Source of the DNA: Octopus bimaculoides
Taxonomy: Eukaryota
Length of the DNA: 55,728 nucleotides
Direction: 5' to 3'
NCBI RefSeq assembly: GCF_001194135.2
Contig: NC_068991.1
Span: 9,097,131-9,152,858, forward strand
Below are positions 1-12,815 of the stretch, piece by piece. The notes beneath the pieces were generated by a model. It worked only from the letters and a program-made list of their open reading frames with translations. It searched no databases and was not told the DNA's origin. Positions within the stretch are counted from its first letter, which is position 1. Every line of letters starts with the position of its first letter. A program made the translations under genes and the position numbers.

Positions 1-72
<72 letters not shown>
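1..72. repeat. (CA)n microsatellite
   Basis: Pure CA dinucleotide run at the window start. Confidence 0.98.
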
Positions 73-75
<3 letters not shown>

Positions 76-1644
76 AGGAGGAGGCAATTTCTTTTGCTAC
101 ATTTAGAGTCGAAACTAGTAACACTCTGGAAGCAACGTCATCTGGGGCCCTGATGGTGTTATTGCTGCGCCTGCTCTTATTTGCTTTATCTCTTTTCTAA
201 CTTACCAGCTCTTCTGGGCAAAAAGATTTCTTGTAACAGATGGACTGTCTGCCTTGCACCATCAAATTCGTTGTCTTTCTTTCTTCTCCCACAATAGTGC
301 ACAACTCCACAATAGTTCTGCGGTTTGCAGGTTAGGTCATTAGGACCGACATGTCTATGCAGATACCTTACAATCACATGCCAATCAGATTCCCTCGGAG
401 CTTACGAACTGCTTGTAATGTACCTCGAATGCGATGAAAAGCCAAGGCTCAACGTCACCACCGATGTCTCGCGCTGTGCGTCACGTGTTACATTTCCCCA
501 CTCAGTATGACACTAGCCTATGGGCTAGTATGCGGTGCACCGAATCGTACCGCTTTCTTTCTTTGTCTTTAGTTTTGAAAACCAAGTACACATGTTTTTT
601 TTCATTTTGCTCTACCTGTAATCAATGGAACAAACGTCGTGCTACAGCTTGTCTACGACTTTGTTTGACTGCTCTTTTGGTGGCATATGGGAAACCCTTA
701 CGATCTTTTCAAAGAGAGTTGTGCCCCTCCTTCTTCTTACCCGTTCCTAAATAAGTTCTTCGGGAAAGGTGACACACACTTTTGTGACATACCACTGCCA
801 TGTTATTGCCTGTGATCAGACTTACATCTAAAGCATCTTTTTGACTTGCAATGCTCGCAAAGGATTTGTTAGTACTTTTGTTAATATCGTACCAGTTTAC
901 CATGTTGTAAGGTACCGTGAACGTTTTCATTTTCAAATGTCAGATGAGAGCATCAGTGTTCCTGATTATATTTGTTTGTTTTATTGCCATCCATTTTTAT
1001 TTTTATTTTTACCGTTTGTCTTTATTTTATTATTTTTTTTGTCTTGACTTAGCTTTCGAGTAGTCGATATTTTCTTTGTGTATGGGGTATGTGTGGTTAA
1101 GGGCGTATCTTGCACCACTTTCTTTGTTGTTAACATTTTGTCCTGTTTGTTCCCCTGGTAGTAAAAGTCATATTCATTTAAATGTGAACATAAGAAAATT
1201 TTTCTGAAAAAAAAAAATAATAATGTTTAAAAGACAGACATTTTGTCTACCTCATATATTGTTAGTAGGTGCCNNNNNNNNNNNNNNNNNNNNNNNNNNN
1301 NNNNNNNNNNNNNNNNNNNNNNNNNNNNNNNNNNNNNNNNNNNNNNNNNNNNNNNNNNNNNNNNNNNNNNNNNNNNNNNNNNNNNNNNNNNNNNNNNNNN
1401 NNNNNNNNNNNNNNNNNNNNNNNNNNNNNNNNNNNNNNNNNNNNNNNNNNNNNNNNNACTGAATATATTATCTAGCTTTCTTAGATCGGTGTGAAAATAT
1501 GCCCGTTCTCGTCAAATAATAATTTCTAAAATAGGTACGAGGCTACAAGTTCTTGTTGAGTCTGAAGAATGAAAAGCATGGTGTCAACGTTGGCGGGATT
1601 TGAATTGAAACGCAAAGAAAACAACTAAATACTGCCGAAAATTT

Positions 1645-1737
1645 ATAGTAGAAAATACTTGCCCAAGGTATTATTACGCAGTTGGACTGAACCCGGAACC
1701 ATGTGGTTGGGAAGCAAGCTTCTTACCACACAGCCAT
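1645..1737 (-). mobile_element. tRNA-derived SINE family A, 5' head fragment
   Basis: Matches the head of the full copy at 42741-43157 (ACTTGCCCAAGG...GGACTGAACCCGGAACCATGTGGTTGG...CTTACCACACAGCCAT). Confidence 0.85.
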
Positions 1738-2629
1738 GTTGTTGTGGGGGTGAGCGAAAGTAATCAACAAACGCTATTGTAATTGTAATGATGGCAATAC
1801 GAGCGAATCCAAAGACACAGTATTCAAACTCTGGTTTTCAACCTAATATCTTATTGGGATCATAAGTGAAGTTGTTCATGAACTTTCTTTTCTTCCTTAT
1901 GTCTTTGGCCCTTTTCTTACTGTTTCGTTGATCCATGTTGTATGTTTATTACTATTACTTCGACGTCCTTTCCGTTGCTGTTCTTGTCGTTTCGGGTGCT
2001 ACTTCTGCTGTTGCTGCTGCGTTTGATGCTCTTGTTGCTTTCGGTGCTGAAGTCACTGTTTCTGCTGCTGCTGCTGCTGTTGTTGTTGTTGTTGTTGATA
2101 TTACTGTTGTCTTTATCGTCAGCGTCGTCATTGTCTATGTTGCTATTAGTATTCAGTTTGCCTTTTAGCTCCAAGGCCAGCTTCAACTGAGCAGAATTAT
2201 GATTAAACTCATTCCAACTATGGCCATTTCTACTTTTCGCAGTTACGTAAAATTACATTTTCTAAAGTGGTCCTGCCCTTGTATAAGACAGTAGGTTGTA
2301 ATTCAGAGGGATTTGGCTACTGTTTCTGGCACGCTGTGGACCACATAGACGGTCCCTCGTTGCTTTAGTTGATATCGTCGCTGTTGTTGCTAGTTATGTT
2401 ATTATGGTTGTTTTTACTGTTCTTATTCTTCTTATATCTACCTAGTTGTTTTTTGTTACATTTGTCACTTTCTCTTTGTCTGGCAGTTCTCGTTTATCCT
2501 CCTCAAATTACCCTGAATAATAATTCTTCAGTCGTAGCGACAGGAATTAGGCTAAGATGTGGGATGGCTACACTTAGTCTGTACCCACGCGTGTGCGAAA
2601 CTGTGCTGCATATATATATATATATATGT

Positions 2630-2663
<34 letters not shown>

Positions 2664-3842
2664 NNNNNNNNNNNNNNNNNNNNNNNNNNNNNNNNNNNNN
2701 NNNNNNNNNNNNNNNNNNNNNNNNNNNNNNNNNNNNNNNNNNNNNNNNNNNNNNNNNNNNNNNNNNNNNNNNNNNNNNNNNNNNNNNNNNNNNNNNNNNN
2801 NNNNNNNNNNNNNNNNNNNNNNNNNNNNNNNNNNNNNNNNNNNNNNNNNNNNNNNNNNNNNNNNNNNNNNNNNNNNNNNNNNNNNNNNNNNNNNNNNNNN
2901 NNNNNNNNNNNNNNNNNNNNNNNNNNNNNNNNNNNNNNNNNNNNNNNNNNNNNNNNNNNNNNNNNNNNNNNNNNNNNNNNNNNNNNNNNNNNNNNNNNNN
3001 NNNNNNNNNNNNNNNNNNNNNNNNNNNNNNNNNNNNNNNNNNNNNNNNNNNNNNNNNNNNNNNNNNNNNNNNNNNNNNNNNNNNNNNNNNNNNNNNNNNN
3101 NNNNNNNNNNNNNNNNNNNNNNNNNNNNNNNNNNNNNNNNNNNNNNNNNNNNNNNNNNNNNNNNNNNNNNNNNNNNNNNNNNNNNNNNNNNNNNNNNNNN
3201 NNNNNNNNNNNNNNNNNNNNNNNNNNNNNNNNNNNNNNNNNNNNNNNNNNNNNNNNNNNNNNNNNNNNNNNNNNNNNNNNNNNNNNNNNNNNNNNNNNNN
3301 NNNNNNNNNNNNNNNNNNNNNNNNNNNNNNNNNNNNNNNNNNNNNNNNNNNNNNNNNNNNNNNNNNNNNNNNNNNNNNNNNNNNNNNNNNNNNNNNNNNN
3401 NNNNNNNNTATATATATCCATACATGTATACATACAACTTTTATTTATTTGTTGGTGCAAAAACAGTCAAAAGAAAACCCCAATACAAGTTACATTGAGA
3501 AGTGTTTAAGGTCTGACATATGTTAATTTATGTGAGATAAACAAGGATTTTGAATGGTTCCAAGGGTTTCGTTGATTTAGAAATTTGGTTGGCCGAAACC
3601 ATTTTCTCGAGCATAATATGTTTTCCTCCTTCTCTCTCTCTTTTTTCTCCCTCTCTTCCTTTCATTTTTTCTTCTTTTCTCTTTTTCATTCTCTCTTTCG
3701 CACACGCAATACACACACATACACACAAGCATACACACACACGCACGCACGCCCACTCACCCCACCTACACACATATTACTGCTGTGGAATTATGTCAGT
3801 TATCAGCTCGTAAAAAGTACGATGAAAACTTTTGACCATTCA

Positions 3843-4103
3843 TAGCAGTTCTCAACCAGTTTTTACGCGTGAACGGCTCCAATTCCCATTTTCCTCAGGT
3901 GGATCTTCCTAGCCATTCGATGTTTAAAAAAAAACAAAAAAAAAACAACTATATTTTTATAATTGACTGTTATAAGGAATCGTATTAAAAGAATTAAAAT
4001 ATTTTTCGCATTGTAGTAAAACCAATTTATTGCACATTGGTTTTAATAACAAAATCTTGCATGGACTCCCAAAGGCCATATGGAACTCGGTTGAGATCCA
4101 TTG
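3843..4103. mobile_element. hAT-type MITE (CAGTGGTTCTCAACC-like ends), decayed
   Basis: Left end TAGCAGTTCTCAACC, right end GGTTGAGATCCATTG. Related partial copies at about 17930-18069 (ending GGTTGAGAACCACTG), 31800-31971 and 34120-34290. Confidence 0.7.
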
Positions 4104-4275
4104 AATAATATGCTATTAAGAAATATAACAAAGGTAGTGTGTTTTATGGCCCCTTGGACAATCTTTGGTCAGTTTTATATCCCAATGCACTAATGGAAAT
4201 TGCAAAGGATGAAGGCCAACAGCTGTAAGTTCCGTATTTGTTCGTCATAGTTGTTTTCTTTTTTCACAACTTCAG

Positions 4276-4356
4276 ACGATAAAGTCACGTCTGCTAGGCA
4301 ACAGACCTCTACAACATTGCATGACTTTTGCTCTCAGTCCCTGAGAACAATATCAG
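4276..4356 (+). CDS. Possible 81-nt phase 1-1 internal exon, product unknown (DDKVTSARQQTSTTLHDFCSQSLRTISG)
   Basis: Pyrimidine-rich acceptor TTTTCTTTTTTCACAACTTCAG, a single open frame and a GTAAAC donor. No homology recognised. Confidence 0.25.
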
Positions 4357-4476
4357 GTAAACTGCATTTGCACCGTATACTGGAGGAATATTCTAATAAA
4401 ACAACCTGGTACACAGTATCAACAAATTCCTTAAAATTAAGAACTGTAACGCTACTAAACTAAGAATTTAAAAGTA

Positions 4477-4676
4477 CAGTAATCCTTCGACTATTGCGGG
4501 TGTTATGTTAAACCCCACCCCCCGCGATAGGTGAATATCCGAGAAATAGAAACAGTATTTTTATAATTTGCATATATTTATTTTATTATAAAGGCAAAAC
4601 AACACCACGGAGGAATCGACGTATGCTTAAATAATAAACCACGATAGGCGAACCGCAATATAGAGGGGGTTTACTG
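4477..4676. mobile_element. Tc1/mariner (Tigger/pogo-like) MITE, 200 bp
   Basis: Imperfect TIRs CAGTAATCCTTCGACTATTGCGG and CCGCAATATAGAGGGGGTTTACTG, flanked by TA on both sides (4475-4476, 4677-4678). Confidence 0.85.
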
Positions 4677-5635
4677 TATAAACTAATTACTGCTGCTACC
4701 GCTCAAACAAGATTTATCTTTTTTCAGTACTTAGAGAGATTATCTCTGCATACATAAATAACAGTGTTGTGACGTACAAACCTAATATCCTTCTCTAATC
4801 TACTTTCTTTCAAGTCAATGCATCTACGCATAATATCGTCAAAAGACTAGATATTATCATAAAGAAGTACTTAATTAGCAACTATAGCATATAATCTAAG
4901 CAACTATAGCGTACAATCATACAGTGAATTACTAGGAGTTCCATAGGAAACGGATAAAAGTAGCAAACTTTCCACGAGAGATGTTACAAGTCTTGCCTCC
5001 ATAATGTTAGTATATTGGATAACATCTGCCATACCAAGAAACAAATTGAAAAAGTTTCTGTTGGCCCGCATACTTGAAGTTCCCTTCCGCTGATTACAAG
5101 GTAATCTGTGCCCGCTGAGTATGGAGGCGCTATGAGTTCGCCTCCCGACCTTATATTCGCGACATTTTATATGCTAATGTGGAAAACATGTTGATAGACG
5201 TAACTGAGGGCTTGAATATAACCATGTTCTTGCATTTGCAATCCAACATAACTATAGCATAAATGCAGAAAACCATAACACCACTCCTTTATTAAATATG
5301 AATGTAAGTATAAAGAATAACACATATATACCACATAAGTATACATACAAAACACAAATGCTTAAATATAAATGTTAACAGTGAATGTTACTATAGATAC
5401 AAAATACGAGTTATCAGATTCTTTCTTAAATGATCTTTTACATTTTCATCCGCTCAAGAGATCTGAAACAGGGTAAGATTAGTAGATCAGGTCATTGGGC
5501 AATACAAAGCCAAATTCATCCCCACAGATACAACAAATGAGGCACCCACTAAAAACATACGAACCACAAACGTCATATACTACAAGAAGCAAATTATGTC
5601 TATTTACAAAATGAATAGATATTTGATTCTCTCCA

Positions 5636-5843
5636 ACTTTAGTGCAGGGTTAGCAATTTCAATGGGAGGAGACAAATCGATTATATCAATCTCAGCACTT
5701 GACTAGTATTTTATTTTATCAACCCCGAATGGATGAGAGCCAAAATTGACCTCGGCGGGATTTGAATTTAGAACGTAAAAAGTCGGAAGAAACACCGTGA
5801 AGTATTTTGTTCGACGTGTCAGCGATTCTGCCAGCTCTCCGGC
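5636..5843 (-). mobile_element. tRNA-derived SINE family B
   Basis: Diverged reverse copy of the family best seen at 44878-45095 (GAGCTGGCAGAATCG head, GTTC-type B box, CTTTCATCCTTTCGG..TCGATAAAATAAGTACCAG body). Confidence 0.85.
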
Positions 5844-7599
5844 TTAAATGAATATGTAATTAAAAACTCAATAAAAAGAGCACTACAGGTATCATATGTA
5901 ATCATACCAGAATGAAAACCCTCCACATTAATATGATACCACAAACTAGCAAACAACAAAATGTACTTCAGAAAAAAACCAATGGAATATACAAATTTCA
6001 ATGTAAGCATGAAAGTTGTAAATTTCGTGATTTAAACTGTTACATTGATCTCACGACTATGACACTTTTTCGTTGTTTGACACTGCATTTATAACATGTG
6101 TCCATGGGTTTATAGGTTAATCTATTTACAGATTGTCCTATAGACATTACTTATGCAGTACACAAAATAAAACTTACGTTGGAAAATATTAGTTAACTGT
6201 ACTACAATTTTGTATAAGATGTCACAATACTTTTTTCTTTTAAAAGTATAATTATAGTGTCTTTACTAGTAGCATAATGCAAATCAAAATTCGGCACACG
6301 GATACATCACACGTAAAATAAATCATGAAATCTACCAGGTAGGATTTTTAAAACCACCGTCGGGGACAAGTTTATGTGTAATATCAGTAGTTTCATTCAT
6401 TTGTGACCTACATTAAAGCGTAAAAACAATAAATCATTGTCACTCACTTCAGTCTGATTGATGAGATTGGGAAGTATTGGAACATTAATGGGTTAATGGA
6501 TTTGGGAACACTGTTGTACAAACAAAATATAAAATATAAAGATGATGAAAAGAAATATCTGAAATCTTTAATTAAAAAACATTGAACTCGAAGATGAGTA
6601 TTTGATTAAACATACGACTCTCCATCCCTCCTTATATATATATATATATATNNNNNNNNNNNNNNNNNNNNNNNNNNNNNNNNNNNNNNNNNNNNNNNNN
6701 NNNNNNNNNNNNNNNNNNNNNNNNNNNNNNNNNNNNNNNNNNNNNNNNNNNNNNNNNNNNNNNNNNNNNNNNNNNNNNNNNNNNNNNNNNNNNNNNNNNN
6801 NNNNNNNNNNNNNNNNNNNNNNNNNNNNNNNNNNNNNNNNNNNNNNNNNNNNNNNNNNNNNNNNNNNNNNNNNNNNNNNNNNNNNNNNNNNNNNNNNNNN
6901 NNNNNNNNNNNNNNNNNNNNNNNNNNNNNNATATATAAATAATATGTGTGTGTGTGTGTGTGTGTGTATTTATATATTCGTTTGTAGTTCAAGATATCCG
7001 GAACACTATTGTGCCATTAATATAGAGCACGTAGTGCGAAATAAAACTATGTTTGTAAATTGTCAGCGTCAACGCCTAACCTTTAAGATATCTGCTAGCA
7101 ACCTACAGTGCTTAGCTGGCCGTGAATTAAGACAGTCGCTATTTTGGATTATCAAGTGTTAATCATGCCATCAGAAAATCACGCAACTTACATGGTTTCC
7201 TTATATAACATTTTAACAAGACAGTTCCATTGATTTATCTATCAACGTGTCCGTCAATACATCAATTTTCCCATTACTTTATCTTTCAACCTATATATTT
7301 CTGTTTCTGTATGTTAGACATGTTGTCTTTCAATAACCCTACCTAAGAACCTTCCCATGCATTTAATCTATTCGAATACTGGTCTATCTTATCTTTGTAA
7401 TGCAATGTACATGGCTTTGTTTATTGCTCAATGTTTGTCAGTATCTGATCAACTCTTTCCCTTTTAAGATTGTTTTCACAGCTATCTTTCTATCCATCCC
7501 TCTATCTATTTTTCTCTCGCCAGTACAATCCCCTGCTATGTGTCTGTCTCTCTTTCTCATGTATATGCGCGTGCGTGCGTGTGTGTGTATGTTTGAATG

Positions 7600-7648
<49 letters not shown>

Positions 7649-7651
<3 letters not shown>

Positions 7652-8018
7652 GTGGAAATGGCACAGAAGTAAATCTAAGACATTTCAATTTAAGAAGGAA
7701 TTTAATAAAATGATTTTAAAATTATATAAGGAAAATATTACCGGTTTCGATGATAAATATCATCTTATCAAATAGCAGTAAAAATTTATAAAGATTTGAA
7801 GTTTATCTTCTGTCTGGAGGTCAAAAGACATATTTTTGACAGAAGACAGAAGACAAACTGTTTTTACTTCAAATTTTTATAAATTTTTACTGCTATTTAA
7901 TAAGATGAGATTCATTATCGAAACCAGTAATATTTTTTAATATAATTCTTAAATCATTTTATTAAATTCCTTCTTAAATTGAAATGTCTTATATTTACTT
8001 TTGTGCTATTTCCACCTC
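7649..8018. mobile_element. 370-bp foldback element with about 165-180 bp inverted arms, each holding a hammerhead-like remnant
   Basis: 7649-7814 aligns to the reverse complement of 7838-8018 with scattered mismatches (GAGGTGGAAATGGCACAGAAGTAAAT... versus ...ATTTACTTTTGTGCTATTTCCACCTC). Confidence 0.9.
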
Positions 8019-9023
8019 CATCTTTTACTTTTACGTATTAAAATTTGATTTGTATAGATGTCCAATCTTGTTTCAACTATATATACATACACACACACAT
8101 ACACGTTATCGACACACACACGTTATCGACGTGCAAGACTTATGCTTTATGATAGGTCATAACTATCAGTAACAACAGTGGCCGTTGTCTGTGTTTGTTT
8201 TGGCAAGTGTGCTCCATTTCATTGTAGAATTAATTTTCTATACGAATTTCCCTATACGAATAGGTGCGCTGTGTGTATCATATTTTGAAGGTGTACTTGG
8301 CTAACTCTATAAACGTTTTTAACCTGCAGTCTGCTGATCCTACGTCTTCTCTGTTAACTATTGCGTGTGAAAAGCATTTTGTATCCAAGTCATAATTCTA
8401 CAATTGTATTTAGGTGGTGCTATTGTGCAGTATTTATACATTTAAACATTCCTAGCTTGAATCACGAGCTAGGAATTAAGCTTGGATAATCCATATTTTT
8501 CTTTAGGTAACAAAATTTTCTTCGTACAACGATTACCTGCTAATTGACTGATACATATGTGTGTGTGCGCGCGCGAGTGTGTGTTTGTGTGATTCGAGTG
8601 TGTAACCACGGCATAAAATGTATAACTGCTGAGAACAACAGCACAAACTAAATTGTAGAATCATTACTTGGTTACAAAATACACTTCACAGGGAATAGTT
8701 TATATAGGATCAGCACATGGGAGGTTACGGACATTTAAATATGATACAAACTGCACATCCATTCGTTTAGGTTTATGAGTAAAGGCAATGATTCGTTACT
8801 TTCAAAATACATTTTCGTTTTTAAATACATAGAAATTAATTCTACACTGAAATGGAGCATTCTTGCAAAACAAACGCATGCAAACAGCCGCTGTTGCTAC
8901 CAATATTTCTGCGCAATCACAAAACATAAAATTGATCTTGTCCGCCGATAACCTAGATATGAAAGCTTTTTTTCAAACTGATGACGAAGAAAAGCAACAT
9001 TTTGTTTCTTTGCATTTTCTTAA

Positions 9024-9056
<33 letters not shown>

Positions 9057-9230
9057 NNNNNNNNNNNNNNNNNNNNNNNNNNNNNNNNNNNNNNNNNNNN
9101 NNNNNNNNNNNNNNNNNNNNNNNNNNNNNNNNNNNNNNNNNNNNNNNNNNNNNNNNNNNNNNNNNNNNNNNNNNNNNNNNNNNNNNNNNNNNNNNNNNNN
9201 NNNNNNNNNNNNNNNNNNNNNNNNNNNNNN

Positions 9231-9279
<49 letters not shown>

Positions 9280-9469
9280 ATGTATGTATGTATGTATGTA
9301 TATATATACTTCCGCCAGGGATGGATGGAAATAGAATCACAAACTCAAATCACCGGAAATCTGTTCACCTCCTTTTTACTGGAGAAAACTAATGTCATAT
9401 CTCACAATACATTCAAATACACTCCTATGTAAACATGTATACACGAATATACATACACAATGCATAGAT

Positions 9470-9507
<38 letters not shown>

Positions 9508-9768
9508 TTTGGCCTCCTTTCCTGTTATATTATCCTGCACCAGTTACATTTAATTTTATGGTTTTTACAGTCAACCGTCTTCGCGTTTTTTCTTCTCGTT
9601 TTCTCCCATGTTTTCTCACAGACCTACATCCTGGTGTTTTTAAATACATTTAACGTTATGAACTGGGCCTGAAAGATCGCTTGGACATACCTGGTTTGTT
9701 ATATAAATCAGCCAGTTTAATGTATTTTAAAGCATGAACCTATTAGTTGCTCTATTTTGTAATTGTAT

Positions 9769-9850
9769 GTGTGTATGTATGTATGTATGTATGTATGTAT
9801 GTATGTATGTATGAATGTATGTATGTATGTATGTATGTATGTATGTATGT
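9769..9850. repeat. (TATG)n microsatellite
   Basis: Near-pure tetranucleotide run; similar runs at about 15078, 16790 and 25450. Confidence 0.95.
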
Positions 9851-11881
9851 ATCCCTTAAATTTGTGACAAATACCATATCCAACATCAGTGCCACAAGTA
9901 TCAGCCTTATCAAATACCTGGTTAATCTTCTGATCACATTCATTAAAAAAAAAAAAAAAAACGAACTTGCTTGAAGCATATTCGGACATGCAAAAATATG
10001 CTTGAAGCATATTCGAACCTGCAAAAAGCCATTCACTGTATTTTGTCGCGGAGAAAAAAAAATCTATTCATAATCGTAGTGTTATTTATCTTGAATTCAC
10101 CATGCAAAGAATTGCTAGTTACAATAGCTTCGGCAACGTCGGTGAAAAACAAGGAATAGAACACAACATCGGGAAAAAAAAAGGAAAAAGAAAATCCTAT
10201 TAGTTGCAGTAATGGAAAATATTAGAATTTTGTAGTACGTTTTTCTTGGAGTTATGAACTGTAATGACTTGTGTAATCGCTATGAAATTGCAAAAAAGAT
10301 TCTTCTGCTAGCTTGACGAATACAATGAAATTATACTGGAACAAACGTTACCCACATCTAAATGATTGTTCAACAAAACAATTAACCCAGCAAGTGACAA
10401 TTGCTAAAGGCTGTAGGAGGTTTGTTGATTGTAATTTTATTCCCCCAAATTAAGAACAGTTCAGAAATAATAGTAAACTAACATATACCTAGAACACAAA
10501 TGCCGACAACAAATATGACATAATATCAGACAAAATTCCAGGCTTTGATTTCGACTATGTTATTCGTAGTAAGGCTGGCCACCAAATACTACTAGCCCCA
10601 GTGATCACTGCAGTAGTGGTGAGAGAGTGAAGAAGAAAAAGCCGTTAAAGTGAATTTTTAATGAAATTATTCAAAACAGATTATTTCATGTTGAAAACAT
10701 TCAATATAATGAGTCCTTTTTTTCTTTAATTCTTTCTTTATACTTGTACATTATATAATCCTTAAGCTTAATGTCAGTAGCCATCCACCGGTTTATGACA
10801 AAAATACAAAGATCCTTGTATATAACTGTGCGCTTCACAGTTCTAGCGACGCGGTGTTTGGATGTTGTGCACATGCTCACATGTCCGAGGGAGAGAGAGC
10901 ACTGCGTGAACGACAGTGCCGGCCCCGGTCTTTTCGACTCCGCATGTGTTGTACTTAAAAACGTGTTTATATTCTTGAATGTGATAAAGTGTAGAATTAG
11001 ATTATTATCCTGCTTCCAGAATTCGAAAAATAGAGCACATCTCCACCCACCTTAATTTGTGATCAAGTTAACGTATAATTTGTGATCGAGTTTATGCATA
11101 AATTTTCTTTTCACACGTTTGTTTCCTTTTACGCAATATTAAAAGAACGGCTAAAAGTTTTTTGAAGCAGCACTCACACTAATTTTATCTACGAGCCGCC
11201 ACTGGTGCGAATTAATGAAGAAAGAAGGTAATGGTGGTGGTGGTGGTGGTGATGGCCACGGCGACGATGACGATGACGATGATGATAACGATGATGGTTA
11301 GGAATAAGAGAAGGTAGACGAGTCAGAGGAGGTGTCTTATTGATCTTGAGATCGTTTTTGCTTTATATATATATATATATTACTTTAGTTATATTTAAAA
11401 TTAGTTTTGGTGGTGGGTGGCTTATTTTTAAAAAAAACACCACGATTAACGTCCACCATTTGATGACTCGGCCATGTTTGTTGTGTTCTGTTCTATCTAT
11501 CACCGTTACAACCAGAGTTTCTTGTTTCATGGTGCTGTTTCATGTCGTGCTCATGTTACTGTTTTAGCATATCAATCAACCAATGTTTGTTTATCTCATG
11601 GGGTAGTAATACATAGAGGCAAGGCAACTGCTTGACTATTTCTAATCACTTGTATCCATCGATGATTGATTAGCACAGCTGACGTCAGCTACAAGGGCTA
11701 CGAGAGCTATGGGGTTATCGTAAGATTTAAGCTCAACGCTGATAACTAACCCAGTAAAACGCATGTAAATAGTACAGCACTTTCACTAATTGTTTCGATT
11801 GTTGCGCCTGTGTAGTTGCGAGCAGGCATTGACACCATCTCGAGCTCCTAAACCTTCACCCAGTTGCATATCCAGGATGTG

Positions 11882-11932
<51 letters not shown>

Positions 11933-11989
11933 AAAGAGACAGATAGACAGACAGACATACAGACAGACAGACAGATAGACAGACAGACA

Positions 11990-12100
11990 GAGTTACAACT
12001 GAAATGAATTGTTTTGATCAACGACACAATGCGTCGCTTGGTCCAGGAATCGAACTCTCGACCATGGGATTGTGAGCCAAAGATCCTAACCACTAGGTTA
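11990..12100 (-). mobile_element. tRNA-derived SINE family C head
   Basis: Reverse complement reads ACCTAGTGGTTAGG (A box) ... GAGTTCGATTCC (B box), then GCATTGTGTCGTTGATCAAAAC. Confidence 0.7.
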
Positions 12101-12742
12101 GGACGTTCGCCTTGACACGAGCATTGTGTTCACTTTCACGCAAGCGTTGTTTGCATCCATACAAGCATTAGAATGTATCTTTTAAAGCTCAAAATTATAT
12201 TTTTAAAAATCGGTAGCTCATCCAGATACACCTTGCGGTGCACTGTCTAAGAACAACGGGTTTACACGAAGAAGAATTTTTCTAGTAGTTCTTTGAATGA
12301 GACTTACTGTTAGAACTTGTCTTCATCACCATCATAAACTTAGGATAACAGAAGAAGCAATCGTTCATTTACAAGCCAGAATGAAAACACCTACGTGGTG
12401 AGTTGGCATCCCAGAAATAGTAGCCATATCTCGCTCAACTAAAAACCCTAGAAAGAACACCAGTGTCTGAAGGAAAAACGTGATGGTCACCACTGGGAAT
12501 GCTTTTGACCATAGGTTGTTTTCTGTTTTCAATTTGATCTTATAATCTATACTAAGAGAAAAGTCCTGCTATTGTTGTTGTGGTCCACGATCTTACTTGG
12601 GTTTGGTTAGTGACCCTCTTGACAAATTTGTTTATATAATATAATTCATACCAACCCCTCCACGTATATGTATGCATTTGGTTGTTATATTTGTAGAAAA
12701 CTCAGTTTCGATATACAAACATCGAAAAGAACACCCATTTCT

Positions 12743-12815
12743 TCGTAAAGCGTAGTTTCGATCCCTGAACATCCAGTTTATGGGCCCAAGCATAATTTCA
12801 TAGCACCATCGTGCT
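12743..12815 (-). pseudogene. Decayed initiator tRNA-Met (CAT) pseudogene, 73 nt
   Basis: Reverse complement AGCACGATGGTGCTATGAAATTATGCTTGGGCCCATAAACTGGATGTTCAGGGATCGAAACTACGCTTTACGA keeps the iMet hallmarks: AGCA start, GGGCCCATAA anticodon arm and GATCGAAA T-loop. Acceptor and D stems no longer pair. Confidence 0.75.

Noticed and set aside
206-317. - strand exon candidate ending at a GTAAGT donor (a similar donor lies at 826)
   Set aside because: Weak acceptors and no recognisable peptide.
2369-3526. Long ORFs spanning N runs (also 16025, 21889, 25426, 30491, 34674)
   Set aside because: Length comes from gaps translated as X.
9319-9432. GWMEIESQTQITGNLFTSFLLEKTNVISH, loosely like the myosin YLLEKSRV region
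   Set aside because: Weak acceptor, in-frame stop, key residues missing and no other myosin exons seen.
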